A stretch of 54,070 nucleotides of DNA from a virus (taxonomy: Duplodnaviria; Caudoviricetes): IMG/VR virus record IMGVR_UViG_3300013767_000067, positions 1-54,070 of that record; one strand, 5' to 3'. The position numbers and the translations under genes were made by a program. Shown in pieces: positions 47,362-54,070 of the stretch. Below the pieces are notes generated by a model. That model saw nothing but the letters and a program-made list of their open reading frames with translations. It searched no databases and was not told the origin of the DNA. The stretch's first letter is position 1, and each line of letters opens with the position of its first letter.

Positions 47362-47676
47362 GTGATGATTACTTCAATCTTTGAGCTCTACCGCCCAAGC
47401 AGTGGCACCGAAGGCGAATGGTTCATGCGCGAGTGGTGCGGCCACTGCGAGCGCGACAAGTGCCAGAACGGCAGTAAGCACCCAGACGACTGCACCGACG
47501 ATGACCTTTGCCAGATCATTGGCCGAACGTTGTTACTAAGCGTGGATGATCCGGATTACCCGACAGAGTGGATTGAGGACGATGATGGTCCGAAGTGCAC
47601 GGCGTTCGTGGCAAAAGGCGGGGTCATACCGGTCAACGACACCCAAACCATGGACCTGTTCGAGGCATTGCAATGA
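47362..47676 (+). CDS. Cys-rich hypothetical protein
   Basis: YRPSSGTEGEWF..WCGHC...CQII...YPTEW...CTAF. Confidence 0.65.
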   Translation: MMITSIFELYRPSSGTEGEWFMREWCGHCERDKCQNGSKHPDDCTDDDLCQIIGRTLLLSVDDPDYPTEWIEDDDGPKCTAFVAKGGVIPVNDTQTMDLFEALQ

Positions 47677-47790
47677 CCTGGATGCACTGGACGCAGTACC
47701 TCTACATCACCCTGATCGGCGCCCTACTCGGCGCCTTAATTTTTGCCTGCTGGCTGGCGATCTCGCGCTGCTGGCCCACTGGAGAAACGC

Positions 47791-48402
47791 ATGAACGCAA
47801 TTGCTAAAGTCCAAGTCCCTGAAACTGCGGGCACGCCGTTCGGCGGTGGTTTCTACGTCGGCCGCTTTCATGTCGGCACCGCTGAATATGCCCTGGTCGT
47901 CGCGCCGAAGGCCATGGGCGAGACCAAGGGAATCTGGGGCGAATATGGCCAGGACGTACCCGGCGCCCGCAGCTGCTTCGACGGCCTAGCGAACACCAAG
48001 GCGATGGCCGAGACCGGCAGCGAGCTGGCCACTTGGGCGCTGGGTCTAGACATCAACGGCTTCCGCGACTGGTATCTGGGCAGCCGCGACGAGGTGGAAA
48101 TGTGCTACCGCGCCCTGAAGCCGACCACCGACGAGAACTACTGCACGTTCCGCGACGGCGATAACGCGAGCAGCATCCCGGTCGGTTATCCGTACACCGA
48201 GCAGGAGCCGGCGCAGACCATTGCAGAAGCATTCCGGGCAGGCGCCGCCGAGGCCTTCGACGCCGTGTGGCACCACTCGTCGACGCGGTGCTCGCGCAGC
48301 AGCGCCTACGGACAGTACTTCGACGATGGCAGCCAGCGCTACTACGGCAAGACCAGCAGAGCGCGAGCGCGAGCCGTCCGCCGGATTCTCATCAGCAATT
48401 GA
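47791..48402 (+). CDS. DUF1566/CLec-fold-like protein, candidate DGR target 1
   Basis: GTPFGGGFY, DGLANT, DWYLGSRDE, WHHSST...ARAVRR. Confidence 0.8.
   Translation: MNAIAKVQVPETAGTPFGGGFYVGRFHVGTAEYALVVAPKAMGETKGIWGEYGQDVPGARSCFDGLANTKAMAETGSELATWALGLDINGFRDWYLGSRDEVEMCYRALKPTTDENYCTFRDGDNASSIPVGYPYTEQEPAQTIAEAFRAGAAEAFDAVWHHSSTRCSRSSAYGQYFDDGSQRYYGKTSRARARAVRRILISN
48283..48383 (+). repeat. VR-like repeat copy 1
   Basis: 85/101 identical to 48940-49040; mismatches only at codon positions 1-2. Confidence 0.85.
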
Positions 48403-48418
48403 TCCATTCACCTATTTA

Positions 48419-48439
48419 GCCGGGCGCGCGGCGCTCGGC
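48419..48439 (+). other. GC hairpin downstream of VR1 (candidate DGR target-recognition stem-loop)
   Basis: GCCGGGCGC-GCG-GCGCTCGGC, one G-T mismatch, no U-tract. Confidence 0.5.
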
Positions 48440-48459
48440 CATTTCTTCGGGGTTCACAC

Positions 48460-49065
48460 ATGAATCAATCAACCATCACCTTGCCGCTTGGCGCGGCATC
48501 GCTGGTCGTTCCGGCTGACGAGGCCGCCCGCATTCTGATCGAAAAGCTCGTGCACGAGCCGGCTGGGCGCAGTGCGGCCAAGCTGCCGCGCATCGGCGAA
48601 TTCTGGCCGGGCCAGGGCGGCATCTACGCCGGCATGATGCGCGGCGAGAACGGCCAGCCTGACTATCACCTGATCGTGCCAACCGATCCGCGAGCCAGTG
48701 TGGAATCCATCGAATGGGGTGGTTACGACCACGACGAGCTGGGTGCCATGAGCGAGTTCGACGGCATGACCAATACGCTCGCGCTGTGCCGATCTGAGGC
48801 CAGCCACCCGGCAGCTGAGTGGGCGGCTGAGCTGGTAATCGACGGGTACGACGATTTCTACCTGCCGGCGCGCCGCGAACTGTCTCTGCTCTATGCCAAC
48901 GTGCCCGAGCTGTTCGAGAAGGTCTGGCACTGGTCGAGTACGCAGTGCTCGCGCGACCGCGCCTACGAACAGCGCTTCGGCTATGGCACCCAGCTCAGCG
49001 ACGACAAGCCCAGCAGAGCGCGAGCGCGAGCCGTCCGCCGTGTGGTGATCTTACGTGATCAGTGA
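48460..49065 (+). CDS. DUF1566/CLec-fold-like protein, candidate DGR target 2
   Basis: IGEFWPGQGGIYAG, DGMTNT, DFYLPARREL, WHWSSTQ...ARAVRR. Confidence 0.8.
   Translation: MNQSTITLPLGAASLVVPADEAARILIEKLVHEPAGRSAAKLPRIGEFWPGQGGIYAGMMRGENGQPDYHLIVPTDPRASVESIEWGGYDHDELGAMSEFDGMTNTLALCRSEASHPAAEWAAELVIDGYDDFYLPARRELSLLYANVPELFEKVWHWSSTQCSRDRAYEQRFGYGTQLSDDKPSRARARAVRRVVILRDQ
48940..49040 (+). repeat. VR-like repeat copy 2
   Basis: Partner of 48283-48383. Confidence 0.85.
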
Positions 49066-49570
49066 AAAATGGATGCCAATCGAAGGCTTTGATGGCTATG
49101 AGGTAAGTGACCATGGCCGTGTTAGGAGATACGGTCGACTCAAGAAACTTGTGGCAGACCGTAAAGGCTATCTCAAGGCATCGCTATGGCGAGATAGAAA
49201 GCCACATAGCAGGTTGATTTCTCGCTTAGTAGCACAAGCCTTCATTGGCCCAAGACCTGATGGCATGGTGGTCTGCCATAACAACGGGATGAAAATCGAC
49301 AACCATGTCGAAAATCTTAGATACGGCACCCCGGCTGAGAATGAGTCTGACAAGGCAGCTCATGGCACCAAGCTTATTGGTGAACGTCACCATGCAGCCA
49401 AACTCACTGACCAGAACGTCATTGATATTCGCAGTCGCTATGTGCCATTCAGCAGGAAGAGCGGAGCAAAAGCTCTCGCAGCCGAATTTGGGGTAAGCCA
49501 GCACCAGGTACACATGATTGTGACCGGCAAGCACTGGACACACCTATTGCCGAAACAAAACGAAGAATAG
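49055..49570 (+). CDS. NUMOD4-HNH endonuclease
   Basis: WMPIEGFDGYEVSDHGRVR; VCHNNG..IDNHVENL; lower GC. Confidence 0.88.
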   Translation: MISEKWMPIEGFDGYEVSDHGRVRRYGRLKKLVADRKGYLKASLWRDRKPHSRLISRLVAQAFIGPRPDGMVVCHNNGMKIDNHVENLRYGTPAENESDKAAHGTKLIGERHHAAKLTDQNVIDIRSRYVPFSRKSGAKALAAEFGVSQHQVHMIVTGKHWTHLLPKQNEE

Positions 49571-49670
49571 GAGCGCCCCATGACACGCCGCTGGATACAC
49601 ACCGGTTACCGCAACGGTAAGCCGGTTCTGAGATGGGTCGCGCTGAGCGGCCCTTTTGTTTGGGAGATCC

Positions 49671-51911
49671 CATGAACACTACGCTACTGAAGCTCACCGT
49701 CTCCGGCCAGGTCGTCTACCTGATAGCGCTGATCCTGCTGGGTATCTTCGCTACACAGGGAATCATGCCGCTGTGGATCCGCGCAAAGCCAGACTTGGCA
49801 TTGCTCATCGCAGTGGTGGTGGAGTTTCTGTTCTGGAGCGCCCTGCTCATTCTTTGCGGGAGAGCTACCCGATGACCAACGATCAATGGCGCCAGGCGAA
49901 CCCTGGCACCTTCAAACAGAAACCGCAGCCGGCCCCAGTGCCGGCTTTTTCGTGAGGTGATGAGATGACCTACGTGACAGAAATGACGGGGGATCAGCTG
50001 CGCGCGCATATGCGGAGGCTGCAGAAGATGGAAGGCTGGAGGAATCCGCTGGATGACCGGCTGTTTCAGGAGATTGAACGCCTTGATGCCATCATCGCCC
50101 CGCTGCCGGCGGTGGAGGATGAGCCGGCTTGGTACGTACTAGAAGATGAGGACGGCGATGATACCGAATTCAACACGGTCGATCAGTTCTCGTACGGTCG
50201 AGCAGGTGGCACGCCGCTCTACACCCGCCCCCAGCCAGCAGCGCAGGTGCCGGATATGGCATGCGCAGTATGGGACGTGTTCAACGGAACCGAGTGGTTT
50301 ATGGCCGTTGTTAGCCCGCTGGGGTGGGACGCGAAGAGCGTAAGCGACTCGCTGATAGAGCAGCACTTCGCGCCACACCTGCACGTAATGCAACGGCACC
50401 TCGTTTGCGAAGGGAACCCAGTTACAGGGCTGATTGCCGAGGTGGAAAGACTGCGCGCCATGCTCGCCGCCGCGCCGAAGCCGGAAGGCGGTGCCGCATG
50501 AGCATCGTCCGTGAAAACCTGATGAATGAACTCGATTACACCCCGTACTGTGGAAATGGAAACTGCGTAGGGCGCATGCCGCGCACGAGCTTCGATGGCG
50601 AGCAGTTCAAGTGCCATGCCTGCGGCTGGCGCTCGGCTTTCGAGGTGGAATTTATCGACGCCTATAAGGCGAAGTGGGCAGGCAAGGCGAAAGGGGTTGC
50701 CTCGTGACTGACTTGTTCTATCTGCAGGACTCGCGCAGCTACGTCGGCAACGACATGCTGTTTTTGGCCAAGGACGGCGCCGGCTACACCACCGACCTGA
50801 GCAAGGCCGAGACGTACAGCCGCGAGCTGGTGCAGTCCATGCACGAAATCCGGCCGAGCGACATCCCCTGGCCGAAGGCGTACATCGACGCCAAGACGCG
50901 GCCAGCCGTCGACATGCAGTACGTCAACCGCACCGATGCGCTGCGCGGTACCGGCATCGAGCTGGTCAAGCCCCTCAAACCGAAGCGGGAAACATACCGC
51001 TGCCACGGTTGCGGCCAATTCCTTCGCATCAATGACTACTACGGCGGGCCGTGCCCGTCCTGCCACACGGACAACAGACCATGACCATCGACCACACCAA
51101 CCTGCGCGCGCTGGCGCTGGCGTCGACACAGGGCAAGCTCGTCGCCATGGTGAACACGATCGACGGGAAGCTGCACCACTGCGTCGGCATCGTAGGCACT
51201 ACCGTCTGCTTTGCATCGACCGGCCCCGTCGACAATTGGGAGAGCCAGCAGAGCGCGGCCGATGCCGCCTACATCGCCGCCGCCAACCCGGCCGCCGTCC
51301 TCGCGCTGCTGGACGAGCGAAGCGCCCTGCTGGCGGCGCTGGAGATCATCGCTAACCCGGCAGCATCACCGTCCCATGGCGACCCGACGACTCTGCGCGA
51401 CTTTGCTCGCAGCGCTATTGCCGCCAATGCAACAGCGAAGGGAGGGAACGATGGCCACTAACGACATCCTTGGCGTAAGGCTGGTCAGCAAGGACGGCGG
51501 TGACTATTGCGTCCGCTGCCCCCACTGCAAACAGGTCATCGGTATCGAGGGCGAGGACATGTCGGAGATCGCCGGCGAGCAGTACCAGCACCAGGCTTGC
51601 GGCGGCTGGCTGGAGGTTTCGGCTAACCCTCGCTTTGTCAAAGAACTGCCACCGTTGAAAGAGGCCGTGGAATGAGCAACTTCCTCGAACCCTACGTGGC
51701 CGCCCGGGCGCGGCTGATTCAGTCGCAGATTGAGGTGGCGAAGCTGCCGGACGGCAATGTCCGCGACCAATTGGAATACGTCCTGGACGTGGAACTGGAC
51801 CGCCTCAATTCAACAATGACCGCCGCCTGCAGAGGGGCGAACACGATCGCCAACAGAGTCGAGCGCGTCGCCGCCACGCTGCGCGCGCAACAGAAGGGAG
51901 AGCAAACGTGA
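49671..51911 (+). other. Cluster of small early hypothetical genes, including an Ead/Ea22-like ORF near 51080-51461
   Basis: Coupled ORFs (49965-50501, 50704-51084, 51672-51911 etc.); DAAYIAAANPAAVLALLDE motif. Confidence 0.6.
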
Positions 51912-52522
51912 AAGAAAAACCGATCCTGTTTAACGGCAACATGGTGCGCGCCATCCTCGCCGGCAACAAGACGCAGACGCGGCGAATCGCCAAGCCAGTT
52001 AAGCACCCTGACCTTGGCAATCTGTACGACCCCGGCGCCCTGGCACTCGAGCCGCAGCATGTCATCGAGCGCGCAGGACCCTATGGCAAGCCCGGCGATC
52101 GACTATGGGTGCGGGAGACTTGTCGCGCCGAAGAGTTGCCGAGCGGTCTGGACGGTGTGCGCTACCTCGCCGACGACCATTTTGTACCGCTCCCGCCCAC
52201 CCCATCGCCCGAGGCCGCATTCAAATGGATGCACCTGAACGCCTACGGCAGCAAGCGTGGCGCGAGTGTCCCATCGATCCACATGCCGCGTTGGGCCAGC
52301 CGACTTCTGCTGGAGATCACTGACGTCCGCGTCGAGCGGCTGCAGGGAGTCACGTTCGCAGATGCACGGGCAGAGGGCTGGCAAAGCAAGGTCAACGGTC
52401 GGCCGAACGATTACGACCCGATCAGCTGGTATGAGCTGCTCTGGGCCGAGATTAACGGCGAGGGCAGCTGGGATGCCAACCCCTGGGTGTGGTGCATCAC
52501 CTTTAGAAGGGTGGAAGCATGA
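51908..52522 (+). CDS. ASCH/PUA-like phage protein
   Basis: PILFNGNMVRAILAGNKTQTRR, GDRLWVRET, PSIHMPRWASR, WDANPWVW. Confidence 0.8.
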   Translation: MKEKPILFNGNMVRAILAGNKTQTRRIAKPVKHPDLGNLYDPGALALEPQHVIERAGPYGKPGDRLWVRETCRAEELPSGLDGVRYLADDHFVPLPPTPSPEAAFKWMHLNAYGSKRGASVPSIHMPRWASRLLLEITDVRVERLQGVTFADARAEGWQSKVNGRPNDYDPISWYELLWAEINGEGSWDANPWVWCITFRRVEA

Positions 52523-53070
52523 AATCCTGCCCGTCCTTCCCTGGATACTCAGCGGCCGAAGATGGTCGAATTTTCTCACACCGTCGACGAGGGTGCGGGA
52601 AACAACGCGGTTCGGTGTCCATCATAGATTTTGGATTCTCCTACGAGCTTACTCAGCGGCCACTGAGGAAGGGCTATCGAACGGTAAGCATCGTCCTAAC
52701 CAATGGCAAGAGCCGACCTGTTGGCGTGCACCGACTAGTTGCTGATGCATTTCATGGGCCATGCCCTAAAGGACAGCAAGTCCGCCATATGAACGGGATC
52801 CCGTCTGACAACTCTCCAGACAATTTGCGGTATGGGACTCCACTGGAGAATGCTGATGATCGTAGACGGCACGGAACATACCTTGGCGGCAGCAACCACC
52901 ATGGCGCCAAACTTTCCGGTGGTCAGGCCGCTGCCATTCGTAGGCGCAGAAGAATGGGCGAAAAAGTAGCAGATCTCGCTCGTTCTTTCGGCGTTAGCGT
53001 TTCAACTATCGAGGGCGTCATCTATGGGAAGACCTATAAGCCCGTGACGATCGAGTTCAAGAGGATCTAA
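52519..53070 (+). CDS. NUMOD4-like HNH endonuclease
   Basis: VHRLVADAFHG...VRHMNG.PSDN..DNLRYGT..EN. Confidence 0.88.
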   Translation: MKSCPSFPGYSAAEDGRIFSHRRRGCGKQRGSVSIIDFGFSYELTQRPLRKGYRTVSIVLTNGKSRPVGVHRLVADAFHGPCPKGQQVRHMNGIPSDNSPDNLRYGTPLENADDRRRHGTYLGGSNHHGAKLSGGQAAAIRRRRRMGEKVADLARSFGVSVSTIEGVIYGKTYKPVTIEFKRI

Positions 53071-53072
53071 GC

Positions 53073-53435
53073 ATGACCTGTCCCTACGACAACTGGCTGC
53101 CAGATCAGTTGGCTATCTGCATGTACATGCAAGCGTGGCTTGGCGATGCCGCTTCGGAAGCAACCTTCATCCCTGATGAGCCGAAGTGCCGCGTATGCGA
53201 TGACTGCCTGCCGAACTATGGCGTCGCACCGCATGAGTGTTTCTACAAGATTGGCAAGCCGATTGGCCAGTCTCGAGTTCTGCCAGAGAGCGAATGGCCG
53301 CCGAACTTCGAGCCCGATCCGGATGCGCCAGGTTTAGGCACCTATCACTGCCCTGCTTGCGACCCTGACCCGCGCTGGCGAGAACCAGCCCAACTCAACA
53401 ACCCGCCGCCCGAGCTCAACAGCCGGGCGGTTTGA
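53073..53435 (+). CDS. Cys-containing hypothetical protein
   Basis: CRVC...HCPAC. Confidence 0.5.
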   Translation: MTCPYDNWLPDQLAICMYMQAWLGDAASEATFIPDEPKCRVCDDCLPNYGVAPHECFYKIGKPIGQSRVLPESEWPPNFEPDPDAPGLGTYHCPACDPDPRWREPAQLNNPPPELNSRAV

Positions 53436-53451
53436 TTTTGTGGAGCCGCCA

Positions 53452-53640
53452 ATGGCAAACCTTTTGCGACTAGAAGATGTCGAACAGAAAGTGAAGTTTA
53501 AGCGGGCCAAGATCTATCAGATGATCAAAGCTGGCAAGTTCCCAAGGCCTGAAAAGATCGGCATTGCTTCTCGATGGAAAGATGATGAGGTTGATCGATG
53601 GATCACTAACCAGGGGTGGCATGGCGCGGCCAATGGCTAG
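53452..53640 (+). CDS. AlpA-family excisionase/regulator
   Basis: LLRLEDVEQKVKFKRAKIYQMIKAGKFPRP.KIG..SRW...EVDRWI. Confidence 0.88.
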   Translation: MANLLRLEDVEQKVKFKRAKIYQMIKAGKFPRPEKIGIASRWKDDEVDRWITNQGWHGAANG

Positions 53641-53664
53641 CTCGCCTGCTCCACATCAAAAAGG

Positions 53665-53687
53665 AAAAGCCCCGCTCAAAGCGGGGC
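53665..53687 (-). terminator. Phage-provided terminator for the reconstituted acnB
   Basis: GCCCCGCT-TTG-AGCGGGGC-TTTT on the minus strand. Confidence 0.65.
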
Positions 53688-53699
53688 AGCAAACACTAA

Positions 53700-53720
53700 T
53701 GGGGGTATCTTTGGGGGTAT
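53700..53720. promoter_or_regulatory. Probable integrase arm-type sites
   Basis: TGGGGGTATCTTTGGGGGTAT tandem. Confidence 0.7.
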
Positions 53721-53777
53721 TTGCGCAACATCCAAGACAGACCAGGCAACGCAAACACCCACAACCATTTGTATTTG

Positions 53778-53834
53778 TTAGACGTTGACGGTCTCGGCCA
53801 CTTCCTTGAAGTCGTCGATCTTGTCGAAGTTCAG
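53778..53834. repeat. att site, right copy
   Basis: Identical to 431-487. Confidence 0.95.
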
Positions 53835-54070
53835 GTACTGGTAGACCTCGGCGGACTGCTTGTTGATCACGCCGATGTCGGCCATGTATTCCTCTTTGGT
53901 CGGAATACGGCCCAGCTTCGAGCAGATGGCCGCCAGTTCCGCCGAACCCAGGTACACATTGGTGTTCTTGCCCAGACGGTTCGGGAAGTTACGGGTCGAG
54001 GTCGACATCACGGTCGCGCCTTCGCGCACCTGCGCCTGGTTACCCATGCACAGCGAGCAGCCCGGCATCT
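53778..54070 (-). CDS. acnB: Aconitate hydratase B, 3' end (partial)
   Basis: PGCSLCMGNQA...STSTRNFPNRLG...YLNFD. Confidence 0.95.
   Translation of the reverse strand, partial: MPGCSLCMGNQAQVREGATVMSTSTRNFPNRLGKNTNVYLGSAELAAICSKLGRIPTKEEYMADIGVINKQSAEVYQYLNFDKIDDFKEVAETVNV

Larger units (their letters stand above)
431..53834. mobile_element. Complete lambdoid/siphovirus-like prophage integrated in acnB
   Basis: 57-bp terminal direct repeats; integrase at one end and AlpA excisionase at the other; full lysis, tail, head, packaging, replication, immunity and recombination modules. Confidence 0.95.

Overview
Almost the whole window (431-53834, about 53.4 kb) is an apparently complete temperate siphovirus-type prophage, probably in a betaproteobacterial host. 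It is integrated in the 3' end of acnB and flanked by a perfect 57-bp direct repeat that restores the last 18 codons and stop. Left to right: P4-type tyrosine integrase, a decayed SRAP/umuC cassette, then lysis, tail, head, terminase, late-control, nin and replication genes on the minus strand. The cro/cI switch follows, then a ~6-kb accessory island between OR and OL, and the plus-strand PL early operon (YqaJ/RecT recombination, HNH genes, AlpA excisionase). Most notable: (1) two tandem DUF1566/CLec-like early genes whose 3' ends are a 101-nt repeat pair with the mismatch signature of diversity-generating-retroelement variable regions, with no template repeat, avd or reverse transcriptase in the window; (2) a ~680-nt highly structured, apparently non-coding RNA at the start of the PL transcript; (3) an HTH / HipA-like kinase / DUF3037-like operon at the rexAB position; (4) a 47-aa peptide ending in a ribonucleotide-reductase-like redox tail. 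All family assignments come from motif recognition by eye, not from database searches.
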